DNA of 64,000 nucleotides from NCBI RefSeq assembly GCF_057098645.1, contig NZ_CM169472.1; one strand, 5' to 3'. Shown piece by piece: positions 52,833 to 61,615 of this stretch (position 1 is its first letter; each line of letters starts with the position of its first letter). The notes under the pieces were generated by a model. It saw only the letters and a program-made list of their open reading frames with translations, ran no database searches and was not told where the DNA came from. The position numbers and the translations under genes were made by a program.

Positions 52833-52902
52833 TTGTACCGATAAGGTACAAGTATCTTGAAGGTTCATCTTAATCATGTAATATGTATACCGGAGGTACA
52901 TA
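52833..52902. promoter_or_regulatory. cI/cro intergenic operators (OR) and pR/pRM region
   Basis: Perfect palindrome ttgtacc-gataa-ggtacaa (52833..52851) and related gtatacc-gga-ggtaca (about 52885..52901) between divergent cI and cro. Confidence 0.5.
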
Positions 52903-52906
52903 TTGT

Positions 52907-53107
52907 ATGAAAGCGTATTGGGACTCTTTAACCAAAGAACAGCAGGGCGAGTTGGCCGGAAAAGTTGGCTCAACACCAGGCTATTTACGGCTGGTTTTCA
53001 ATGGTTATAAAAAAGCCAGTTTTGTGCTGGCTAAAAAACTTGAGCAATGCACGTCAGGTGCAATTACGAAATCTGACTTAAGACCGGATATCTATCCGAA
53101 AGATTAA
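52907..53107 (+). CDS. cro: Cro-like small HTH regulator
   Basis: ORF 52883..53107; ATG at 52907 preceded by GGAGG; MKAYWDSLTKEQQGELAGKVGSTPGYLRLVFNGYKKASFVLAKKLEQ…. Confidence 0.65.
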   Translation: MKAYWDSLTKEQQGELAGKVGSTPGYLRLVFNGYKKASFVLAKKLEQCTSGAITKSDLRPDIYPKD

Positions 53108-53138
53108 CAGAACACCTTCAATTTTTAACCACAGAACG

Positions 53139-53702
53139 ATGAGGCTAACCGTGGGTAAGCATCACTGGAAAGTAGAAAAACAGCCTGAGTGGTACGTGAA
53201 AGCTGTCAGAAAAACTATCGCGGCGTTGCCGGGGGGGTACGCTGAAGCTGCTGAGTGGCTAGATGTAACAGAGAACGCTTTATTCAACCGCCTTCGTGCA
53301 GATGGCGATCAGATTTTCCCGCTGGGATGGGCAATGATTTTACAGCGCGCGGCTGGCACTCACTACATTGCGGATGCTGTCGCACAGTCTGCTGGTGGGG
53401 TGTTTGTATCGCTTCCTGAAATTGAGGAAGTAGAGAACGCCGATATAAACCAGCGCCTGCTGGAAGTCATCGAACAGATCGGGAGTTACTCAAAGCAGAT
53501 TCGTTCGGCAATCGAAGATGGGGTAGTGGAGCCACACGAGCAGACAGCAATTAATGATGAGTTGTATCTGTCAATTTCGAAGCTCCAGGAGCATGCAGCA
53601 CTGGTCTACAAAATCTTTTGCGCTCCAGAAAAGAGTGACGCCCGCGAGTGTGCAGCTCCGGGCGTCGTGGCGTTTTGTGTCTGTGGAGAAACTAACGCAT
53701 GA
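53139..53702 (+). CDS. Phage regulatory protein (CII-like / YdaT-like), function uncertain
   Basis: 187-aa ORF immediately after cro in the early-right operon; assignment by position only. Confidence 0.4.
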   Translation: MRLTVGKHHWKVEKQPEWYVKAVRKTIAALPGGYAEAAEWLDVTENALFNRLRADGDQIFPLGWAMILQRAAGTHYIADAVAQSAGGVFVSLPEIEEVENADINQRLLEVIEQIGSYSKQIRSAIEDGVVEPHEQTAINDELYLSISKLQEHAALVYKIFCAPEKSDARECAAPGVVAFCVCGETNA

Positions 53703-54535
53703 ACAGTTTAACGGCAAATAACCGTTTGTCGCAACAGCTGGTGGTCAGCGTCGCTGAACACCTGTTGTTACGGCATGAATGCAGATTACCAAATCACCTG
53801 GCTGTAAGTAACCACAGAGAACTTTACCTGACTGTGGGGGGCGAGTTGTGCAGGAACTTAACCGCTGGTTTCGTGACGGAAGAGGGCTTTATGTCCATGT
53901 TATTCGTTGGGAGCCAGAAACACAGCGCGTTATCTATCTTCGCAAAGACTACCCGCATGAGTGCTTTAGTCCTTTGTGGAAATTCAGGCGTGATTTTGTT
54001 GAGTGTGAAGGACCACCAGCACATTGATTCTGCCATTCCGGGACGTTACACTGTTCAGGCACCTTATAAAGCGGGTGCCGGGATTGGCGTCCTGGAAATG
54101 TTATCGGCGATATATGACGCGCCAGCGTCTTTTTTATCGTCTGCGTCTGTGCACACCCAAATTATGGTGGGCTGGACGGGGGCACCGAAAGGTGCGCCGG
54201 TTTCCGATAACGCCGGTTACGCCAACCCCGTTCAGTTCACCACCAGCGAAATTGGCGTTTCCGGTGGTGAAGGTAATTCACTGTTATCGGAGGCTGCCAT
54301 CATGGCTACTGTCCCAGCCCTCACTCGTCTGAATGATGAAGACTTACATAAACTCAGTTATGTAACAACTGCACTACGTGCTCTGCGCAAGGTAACTCTT
54401 TCGGATCCGCAGGCGCATCAAGTTCTGGTAGAAACCCTTCTTAACTTGCAGGCTGAACGTATTCGTCTGGCGGATAAGGCTAATTTTCATATTCACCGTC
54501 TCCTGAATATCAGCGGAGGGCATCGTCATGCTTAA
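53699..54535 (+). CDS. Hypothetical phage early-right protein
   Basis: 278-aa ORF with 4-nt start/stop overlap to the upstream gene; no recognised motif. Confidence 0.4.
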   Translation: MNSLTANNRLSQQLVVSVAEHLLLRHECRLPNHLAVSNHRELYLTVGGELCRNLTAGFVTEEGFMSMLFVGSQKHSALSIFAKTTRMSALVLCGNSGVILLSVKDHQHIDSAIPGRYTVQAPYKAGAGIGVLEMLSAIYDAPASFLSSASVHTQIMVGWTGAPKGAPVSDNAGYANPVQFTTSEIGVSGGEGNSLLSEAAIMATVPALTRLNDEDLHKLSYVTTALRALRKVTLSDPQAHQVLVETLLNLQAERIRLADKANFHIHRLLNISGGHRHA

Positions 54536-54760
54536 TCCGTTGATCCTCAATATTTGCCGTTTGCTTCAGCGTAAAAAAACATCAATTCCTACAGTTGGGC
54601 AGTGGTACACCACACCTGCAGGGCATGTTCTACGTGTTAGCCTGGTTGACCGTGAATGCCAGAAGGTGATTTGTGAACCGCTGGGCCGTAATTACCGCGT
54701 CAGTATGCCGCTTATAGCCTTTCGCTCCGGAAAAAACATGAAGCATCTCGGAGGTGCAGC

Positions 54761-55579
54761 ATGAGTATGGAGCTGATGGTTAAAGCGATGAAAATTCGAG
54801 TGGGTAATCCATTGCGAAAACTGGTTCTGATCAAGCTGGCTGATAATGCCAGCGATCAGGGTGAGTGCTGGCCCAGCTACCAGCATATTGCTGACCAGTG
54901 CGAGATTAGCAAACGTTCTGTGATGAATCATATTGCGGCCCTTTGTGAGTCCGGGCTGGTAAAAAAAGTCACCCGGAAAGGTGAAAAAGGTAACTCAAGT
55001 AATATCTATCTCCTTCATCTGGATGGTGCAGGAGATTCACTAGGGGGTAGTGCAAATAATTCACTATCTGGTGCAGCAAATTCACCAGGTAGTGCAGGAG
55101 TTGCACCAGGGGGTAGTGCAGGAGATTCACCCAGAACCAGTCACTCTTTTGAACCAGTCAAAGAACCAGTCAATGAACCAATAGCTGTTGGTGCATCAGT
55201 TGATGAGTCCGTGCGAGTTCGTTCAAACCGACCGGAATATTCTCCGGAGTTTGAGCAGGCATGGCTGGCATATCCCAAACGTGCTGGTGGCAATTCAAAA
55301 TCTGCAGCCTTCAAAGCCTGGAAAGCCCGTTTGAATGAGGGGGTAAACCCCGAAACCATGCTGGAAGGTGTGAAACGCTATGCGGGCTGGGTATCTGCGA
55401 TGGGTAACAGCGGCACACAATTTGTGAAACAGGCTGTCACGTTCTTTGGTCCGGATCGTCATTTCGAAGAATCCTGGGAAGTTCCTGCGGTATCTGCAGC
55501 CAGACGTGAGGACCCGTACTTCAAATCCAGTTACGACAACGTGGACTACAGCCAGATCCCGGCAGGATTCAGGGGGTGA
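54761..55579 (+). CDS. Phage replication protein: N-terminal winged-helix domain + C-terminal DnaT-like domain
   Basis: 272-aa ORF; N-terminal …LVLIKLADNASDQGECWPSYQHIADQCEISKRSVMNHIAALCESGLVKK…; C-terminus …YSQIPAGFRG mirrors the DnaT C-terminus (…[10 protein letters not shown]) in this same window. Confidence 0.6.
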   Translation: MSMELMVKAMKIRVGNPLRKLVLIKLADNASDQGECWPSYQHIADQCEISKRSVMNHIAALCESGLVKKVTRKGEKGNSSNIYLLHLDGAGDSLGGSANNSLSGAANSPGSAGVAPGGSAGDSPRTSHSFEPVKEPVNEPIAVGASVDESVRVRSNRPEYSPEFEQAWLAYPKRAGGNSKSAAFKAWKARLNEGVNPETMLEGVKRYAGWVSAMGNSGTQFVKQAVTFFGPDRHFEESWEVPAVSAARREDPYFKSSYDNVDYSQIPAGFRG

Positions 55580-55911
55580 TCATGAGTCTTTTGAATGACG
55601 TTCAGAAATTCATTGAAGCCCATCCGGGGTGTACTTCCGGAGACATTGCGGATGCTTTTGCAGGTTACTCACGGCAGCGCGTACTGCAGTCAGCAAGCAA
55701 GTTACGTCAGAGTGGGCGTGTGGCTCACCGTTGTGAAGGGGATACACGCAGACATTTCCCGCGCCTGACTGAGAGAGCGCAGGAGCCGGAACCACAACCA
55801 GTTCGTGAAACCAGACCTGTGCGCAATTTCTATGTCGGCACTAACGATTCCCGGGTGATTTTGTGCCTGACTCGCCAGGCGGAAAAACTGGTCAGGGAGA
55901 TGGCGGCATGA
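55576..55911 (+). CDS. Hypothetical phage protein
   Basis: 111-aa ORF, 4-nt overlap with the replication gene. Confidence 0.4.
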   Translation: MIMSLLNDVQKFIEAHPGCTSGDIADAFAGYSRQRVLQSASKLRQSGRVAHRCEGDTRRHFPRLTERAQEPEPQPVRETRPVRNFYVGTNDSRVILCLTRQAEKLVREMAA

Positions 55912-56234
55912 CGACGTTAACTCAATGCCAGCAGCAGGTGCTGGATATGCTGATTTCTTACCAGAAAGAACGTGGCTTCCCGCCAACCAATCAGGAGGTG
56001 GCAACCATGCTGGGATACCGTTCAGTGAATGCAGCGGTGGAGCATCTTCGCGCACTGGAGAAAAAAGGCGTCATCACGATAAAGCGTGGCGTGGCCCGGG
56101 GGATCACGCTTCATACCGCAGTGAAGGACGACGACAGCGAAGCGGTCGGTATCATCCGCGCACTGCTTGCCGGTGAGGAGAACGCCAGGCTGCGTGCAGC
56201 CCACTGGTTACATGAGAGGGGCCTGAAAGTATGA
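55908..56234 (+). CDS. LexA N-terminal DNA-binding-domain-like protein (no peptidase domain)
   Basis: ORF 55863..56234; from MTTLTQCQQQVLDMLISYQKERGFPPTNQEVATMLGYRSVNAAVEHLRALEKKGVITIKRGVARGITL… resembles the LexA winged-helix domain. Confidence 0.55.
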   Translation: MTTLTQCQQQVLDMLISYQKERGFPPTNQEVATMLGYRSVNAAVEHLRALEKKGVITIKRGVARGITLHTAVKDDDSEAVGIIRALLAGEENARLRAAHWLHERGLKV

Positions 56235-56620
56235 AGTTGATCCTGCCTTTCCCGCCCAGTGTGAACACGTACTGGCGACACCCCAACAAAGGGGCATTTG
56301 CTGGTAAGAGCCTGATAAGCGAGGCGGGGCGAAAATTTCAGAGCGCGGCGTGCGCAGCAATAGTTGAGCAGTTACGTCGTCTGCCGAAACCAACGTCGGC
56401 ACCTGCTTCAGTGGAGATCGTGTTGTTTCCTCCGGATAACCGGATCCGCGATCTGGACAACTATAACAAGGCGCTGTTTGACGCCCTGACCCACGCGGGT
56501 GTGTGGGAAGACGACAGACAGGTGAAAAGAATGCTGGTGGAGTGGGGACCGGTTATCCCGAAAGGGAAGGTCGAGATCACTATCAGTAAGTATGAGAAAC
56601 CGGCGGGTGCAGCCGCCTGA
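56231..56620 (+). CDS. rusA: Holliday junction resolvase RusA
   Basis: 129-aa ORF MKLILPFPPSVNTYWRH… with …RDLDNYNKALFDALTHAGVWEDDRQV…. Confidence 0.8.
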   Translation: MKLILPFPPSVNTYWRHPNKGAFAGKSLISEAGRKFQSAACAAIVEQLRRLPKPTSAPASVEIVLFPPDNRIRDLDNYNKALFDALTHAGVWEDDRQVKRMLVEWGPVIPKGKVEITISKYEKPAGAAA

Positions 56621-56639
56621 TTAAGAGGAGAAACGAAGT

Positions 56640-57449
56640 ATGAATAATCTGATGGTCATTGATGGTATTGAAGTTCGTCGTGATGCTTATGGGCGTTACA
56701 GCCTGAACGATCTGCATCGCGCAGCAGTAGCATCTGGTGCAAATGCCAGAACCAAGGAGCCAGGAAAGTTTCTTTCCAGCCAACAAACTGTTGAGCTTGT
56801 TCATGAATTGACCAACACCCAGAATTTGGGTGTTGACCCGGTGAGTGTGATTCATGGGGGAAATGAACGGGGAACGTATGTCTGCAAGGAACTGGTGTAT
56901 GCCTATGCAATGTGGATCAGCCCTTCATTCCATCTGAAGGTGATCCGTACTTTCGATATGGTAACCAGCGCACCGGAAAAATTATCCGGGCAGGCTGCTG
57001 ACAAGATGCAGGCTGGTGTGATTCTGCTGGACTTTATGCGTCGGGAATTAAACCTGTCTAACTCATCTGTGCTTGGTGCCTGTCAGAAACTCCAGGAGGC
57101 TGTTGGCTTACCGAATCTGGCACCGCGCTATGCCATTGATGCTCCAGCTGATGCACACGATGGCTCAAGTCGCCCGACACTGTCACTGAGTGCACTGCTG
57201 AAACAGTATGGTATCCGCCTGACGGCTAATCAGGCATATCATCAGATGGTGAAGCTGGGGATCGTCGAGCAGCGCGAACGATACAGCCGTACCGCGATTA
57301 ACAACATCAAAAAATTCTGGTCGCTGACAGCGAAAGGCTGCATGTTCGGCAAGAACATCACCAGTCCCGCAAATCCGCGCGAGACGCAGCCGCATTTCTT
57401 CGAATCCCGATTCCCTGAGCTGTTAAAGCTGCTCGATACCGTTCATTGA
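56640..57449 (+). CDS. KilA-N domain protein (antirepressor-like)
   Basis: 269-aa ORF; N-terminal …VIDGIEVRRDAYGRYSLNDLHRAAVASG… KilA-N signature. Confidence 0.7.
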   Translation: MNNLMVIDGIEVRRDAYGRYSLNDLHRAAVASGANARTKEPGKFLSSQQTVELVHELTNTQNLGVDPVSVIHGGNERGTYVCKELVYAYAMWISPSFHLKVIRTFDMVTSAPEKLSGQAADKMQAGVILLDFMRRELNLSNSSVLGACQKLQEAVGLPNLAPRYAIDAPADAHDGSSRPTLSLSALLKQYGIRLTANQAYHQMVKLGIVEQRERYSRTAINNIKKFWSLTAKGCMFGKNITSPANPRETQPHFFESRFPELLKLLDTVH

Positions 57450-57450
57450 G

Positions 57451-58446
57451 GTGACCGTGAGAGCACTACTGACCCCTGAAATTGCCCCGCGTATGGGGAT
57501 CGTATTGTTCAGGCCAGGTTCAGAGCTGATGCCCCTGTTTATGCAGGGGCGTGTCCTGCTGGAGCCTGAGCCGGAACGTTATTCATCTTTCGCTAGTGGT
57601 GCCGTTCCGGCGGCATCACAACCGCTGGCGGATGATCCTGCCGTTCGGGCCGTGTTCCGCAATGAGGCAGTGATCCGTCGTGCTGGTGGCGTGGAATGTC
57701 TTGAAAGCTGGTTACTTCGTGAAAAAGGCTGCCAGTGGCCTCATTCCGACTGGCACAGCGAGAACATGACCACAATGCGACACGCTCCGGGTGCAATCCG
57801 TCTGTGCTGGCACTGCGATAACCAGCTGCGCGATCAGTTCACGGAACGGCTGGAATCAATGGCAACGGATAACTGTGCCCGCTGGGTGTTGTCTGTTGTG
57901 CGTCGGGATCTCGGTTTTGATGACAGTCACGTTGTGACAATGCCGGAACTGTGCTGGTGGCTGATTCGTAATGACCTGGCGGATGCCTTACCGGAAAGTG
58001 CAGCCCGTAAGGCACTGAGATTACCGAAGCCTGTTGTGCCGTCTGTCACCCGGGAAAGTGACCTTGTGCCTTCGGTTCCTGCCACCAGCATCATCCAGGA
58101 TAAAGCGAAAAAGGTGCTGGCGCTGAAAGTGGATCCGGAGTCGCCGGAGTCTTTTATGTTACGCCCCAAACGTCGCCGCTGGGTTAATGAAAAGTACACG
58201 CGCTGGGTTAAGACGCAGCCGTGCGCATGTTGTGGAAAGCCAGCTGATGATCCCCACCACCTGATAGGCCACGGTCAGGGTGGAATGGGTACAAAAGCGC
58301 ATGATCTCTTTGTGTTGCCTTTGTGCAGAAAGCATCACGACGAGCTGCATGCGGATACCGTGACATTTGAAGAGAAGTATGGCTCCCAGCTGGAGCTGAT
58401 ATTTCGTTTTATCGATCGTGCGCTGGCAATAGGCGTACTGGCGTAA
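57451..58446 (+). CDS. DUF968-type phage protein with C-terminal HNH-like Cys/His motif
   Basis: 331-aa ORF; C-terminal …QPCACCGKPADDPHHLIGHGQGGMGTKAHDLFVLPLCRKHHDELH…. Confidence 0.55.
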   Translation: MTVRALLTPEIAPRMGIVLFRPGSELMPLFMQGRVLLEPEPERYSSFASGAVPAASQPLADDPAVRAVFRNEAVIRRAGGVECLESWLLREKGCQWPHSDWHSENMTTMRHAPGAIRLCWHCDNQLRDQFTERLESMATDNCARWVLSVVRRDLGFDDSHVVTMPELCWWLIRNDLADALPESAARKALRLPKPVVPSVTRESDLVPSVPATSIIQDKAKKVLALKVDPESPESFMLRPKRRRWVNEKYTRWVKTQPCACCGKPADDPHHLIGHGQGGMGTKAHDLFVLPLCRKHHDELHADTVTFEEKYGSQLELIFRFIDRALAIGVLA

Positions 58447-58459
58447 GTGGAGAACGAGC

Positions 58460-59212
58460 ATGAACCTTGAAGCCTTACCAAAATATTACTCCCCAAAATC
58501 TCCAAAACTGAGTGATGACGCACCGGCGACAGGCTCTGGTGGTTTAACAATTACGGATGTAATGGCTGCGCAGGGGATGGTGCAGTCGAAAGCACCGCTT
58601 GGGTTTGCCTTATTCCTGGCAAAAGTTGGCGTTCAGGATCCTCAGTTTGCGATTGAAGGTCTGCTCAATTACGCGATGGCACTGGATAACCCGACATTGA
58701 ACAAATTGAGTGAAGAAATCCGGTTACAGATCATCCCTTACCTTGTGAATTTTGCCTTTGCTGATTATTCCAGGTCTGCGGCAAGTAAGGCTCGCTGTGA
58801 GCATTGTGATGGTACTGGATTTCATAATGTATTGCGCGAGGTGGTGAAACACTCCAGAAGCGGGGAATCTGTTATCAAGGAAGAGTGGGTGAAGGAACTA
58901 TGTCAGCATTGTCATGGTAAGGGAGAAGTCAGCACAGCGTGCAGAGGGTGTAAGGGTAAAGGTATTGTCCTGGATGAAAAAAGAACCCGGCTTCATGGTA
59001 CGCCTGTTTATAAGATTTGTGGGCGTTGCAATGGTAACCGGTTTAGCCGTTTACCAACCACACTGGCGCGGCATCATGTCCAGAAGCTGGTACCTGCCCT
59101 GACGGATTATCAGTGGTACAAAGGATATGCAGATATCATTGATAAACTGGTTACAAAGTGCTGGCAGGAAGAAGCATATGCAGAGACACAATTGAGAAAA
59201 GTGACAAGATAA
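58460..59212 (+). CDS. Q: Late-gene antiterminator Q
   Basis: 250-aa ORF, last gene before the lysis region; Cys-rich zinc motif (…CEHCDGTGF…CQHCHGKGEVSTACRGCKGKG…CGRCNG…). Confidence 0.7.
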   Translation: MNLEALPKYYSPKSPKLSDDAPATGSGGLTITDVMAAQGMVQSKAPLGFALFLAKVGVQDPQFAIEGLLNYAMALDNPTLNKLSEEIRLQIIPYLVNFAFADYSRSAASKARCEHCDGTGFHNVLREVVKHSRSGESVIKEEWVKELCQHCHGKGEVSTACRGCKGKGIVLDEKRTRLHGTPVYKICGRCNGNRFSRLPTTLARHHVQKLVPALTDYQWYKGYADIIDKLVTKCWQEEAYAETQLRKVTR

Positions 59213-59319
59213 ATGATTTTCGCCGAAGATGGCGACATGATGCTTGCGTTTTTCAAAAAATATGGATAAGATTTTCCCAACGATGGGCTTTGTATGTCTA
59301 CCGTTGATAAGATTTAAGA

Positions 59320-59343
59320 ACCCGCCGCTGAGCGGGTTTTTTT
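59320..59343 (+). terminator. Rho-independent terminator downstream of Q (tR'-like)
   Basis: acccgccgctgagcgggt hairpin followed by TTTTTTT. Confidence 0.6.
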
Positions 59344-59492
59344 GTGCCTGATGTCTCATGAAACTATGAAATGGATTGGTGCGTTAAACATTTTTTCTTA
59401 TTATCTTTTAGATTTTGGAGAGATGGGTAACGTCTGTATTCCAGAAACTCGATGAATATTTAATAAATTAGTTTCAATGATGCTTCTAGGTT

Positions 59493-59918
59493 ATGAGTGT
59501 AATGAAAAAGGTATTAATAGCAGCGATAGGTTTTTGTTTAGTTGGTTGTGCAGGTATGAAATTACCTGAGTATTCGCAAGTTAAAGCAAGTCCGTATTAT
59601 ACAGATTGCCGTGCGTTTGCCATGGATGTTTATAAAAATGATGGATACAGCAAAATTGCGAAAACCACTATCCTTAGCATGGATGATGTGAAGGCTAGAT
59701 ATATTGTTACAGGGTGTGTAGTTGCTATGGGGAAAAACACTGTAGAGGAAATTAAAGCTGATCTCTCTGCTAAAGGGAGTTCTTTTGGGCTTATCAGTGG
59801 TGCTTGTTCTAGTGCTGCATGTCGGGTTGATGTAGAGCAGCAAATGAACGCTTATATACTTGGTAGTTATTATGCTACAAATAAAAAATTCCCGGATAAA
59901 ATGAAAGCAGAGTTTTAA
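59493..59918 (+). CDS. Moron lipoprotein (signal peptide + lipobox LVGC)
   Basis: 141-aa ORF MSVMKKVLIAAIGFCLVGCAGMK…; AT-rich; sits in the Q-to-lysis slot. Confidence 0.65.
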   Translation: MSVMKKVLIAAIGFCLVGCAGMKLPEYSQVKASPYYTDCRAFAMDVYKNDGYSKIAKTTILSMDDVKARYIVTGCVVAMGKNTVEEIKADLSAKGSSFGLISGACSSAACRVDVEQQMNAYILGSYYATNKKFPDKMKAEF

Positions 59919-59995
59919 GCAAACCTTGTTTTCGATTATATGCCGAAGATAAATGTTAGTAACGGCATAATAAGTAAATATATAGCTGTGATAGC

Positions 59996-60019
59996 AACCC
60001 GCCACTGAGCGGGTTTTTT
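59996..60019 (+). terminator. Second terminator, near-identical to the one after Q
   Basis: acccgccactgagcgggt hairpin followed by TTTTTTG; one mismatch from the hairpin at 59320. Confidence 0.55.
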
Positions 60020-60117
60020 GTACCTGTAAACTTGGTGCAGTACAGTAAACACGCTGGTGGTCGTGAATACTGACTTTTTATCTTGCTGGCTTTTTAGACA
60101 AGAGTTATTGGTATGTC

Positions 60118-60345
60118 ATGTTAACCAGAAGGGAAAAAGACATGCTAAAACAGCAAGATATGACAGAAACCGCCGCCGCAGTCCTTCATTTCTTACCTGC
60201 TGACAAGTGGGTAACGCCACGCATGATGACGAGAACTACCGGAGTAAGCGAAGCCCAGTGCCAGTTAATACTGACTCAGTTAGTTCTGGCGGGTCTGGCG
60301 AAGGATAACGGCGGGTACGGGAATAAATTCAGACGCTGCCAGTAA
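60118..60345 (+). CDS. Small winged-helix protein, FaeA/PapI-like
   Basis: 75-aa ORF …VLHFLPADKWVTPRMMTRTTGVSEAQCQLILTQLVLAGLAKDNGGYGNKF… follows the PapI/FaeA pattern; alternative start at second ATG (about 60142). Confidence 0.45.
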   Translation: MLTRREKDMLKQQDMTETAAAVLHFLPADKWVTPRMMTRTTGVSEAQCQLILTQLVLAGLAKDNGGYGNKFRRCQ

Positions 60346-60495
60346 TGGCGGTTTCCTGCTGTGAAAATGGGCGGCTGGTGGGTGTTGGTAGCACCTGCCA
60401 GCCATTCGCTCATGCTTACTGGTCACAAGCGAACCACGGCCCACTGCTTTAGCGCAAAAGCAGAGTGAGCCTACCAGAGTTACGCTTACTGATCC

Positions 60496-61548
60496 ATGAA
60501 AAATACTGTAAAAATAAACAGTGTTGATTTAATCAACGCTGATTGCCTGCATTTTATTCAGTCCCTGCCTGATAACTCCATTGATCTGATTGTTACCGAT
60601 CCGCCGTACTTCAAAGTGAAGCCCAACGGCTGGGACAATCAGTGGAAAGGGGACGAAGATTACCTGAAGTGGCTGGACCACTGTCTGGCCCAGTTCTGGC
60701 GGGTACTGAAACCAGCCGGAAGCCTTTACCTGTTCTGTGGGCATCGCCTGGCATCTGATATTGAGATCATGATGCGTGAACGTTTCAACGTGCTTAACCA
60801 TATCATCTGGGCGAAGCCGTCCGGACGTTGGAATGGGTGTAATAAAGAAAGTCTGCGCGCATATTTTCCTGCCACAGAGCGCGTTCTGTTTGCTGAACAT
60901 TACCAGGGGCCATATCGCGGCAAAAGTGACGGCTATGCGGCAAAAGAAAGGGAACTCAAACAGCACATAATGGCACCGCTGATATCGTATTTCAGGGATG
61001 CTCGTGCCGAACTGGGTATAACGGCAAAACAAATTGCTGAAGCCACAGGTAAGAAAAATATGGTTTCCCACTGGTTTGGTGCCAGTCAGTGGCAGTTGCC
61101 GAATGAGGCTGACTATCGGAAGTTACAGGCACTGTTTTCCCGTATAGCGGCAGAGAAGTTTCAGGAACAACAACTGGAACAACCACACCACCAGCTGGTG
61201 GCATCTTATGATTCACTGAATCGCAAATATTCTGAATTGCTGGATGAGTTTAAATCTCTCCGGCGCTATTTCTCCGTATCAGTCTCCGTGCCTTATACCG
61301 ATGTCTGGATGCATAAACCCGTTCAGTTCTACCCGGGTAAACATCCGTGTGAGAAACCGGCGGATATGCTCAGGCAAATAATCAATGCCAGTAGTCGACC
61401 TGGTGATCTGGTTGCTGATTTTTTTATGGGATCCGGTTCCACAATAAAAGCAGCAATGGCGCTGGGGCGTCGGGCCTTAGGTGTTGAGCTTGAGTCAGAG
61501 CGGTTTAACCAGACAGTGAAAGAGATAAACGAGCTGGTGGGGAAATAA
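60496..61548 (+). CDS. Orphan DNA methyltransferase, beta-class N6-adenine/N4-cytosine (DPPY before FxGxG)
   Basis: 350-aa ORF; motif [10 protein letters not shown] near the N-terminus and motif [14 protein letters not shown] near the C-terminus; no restriction endonuclease gene adjacent. Confidence 0.85.
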
Positions 61549-61615
61549 TCTGGTGGCCACGTCAGGTGGCCTTTTTATTTCCATTACACAGCACCCGCAT
61601 CTGCGAGGTGGGGTT

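Noticed and set aside
59213-59492. Possible tRNA genes in the Q-to-lysis interval, as found upstream of stx in Stx phages
   Set aside because: No cloverleaf-compatible GC-rich 75-90 nt segment seen; the only tRNAs in the window are the three chromosomal tRNA-Leu genes.
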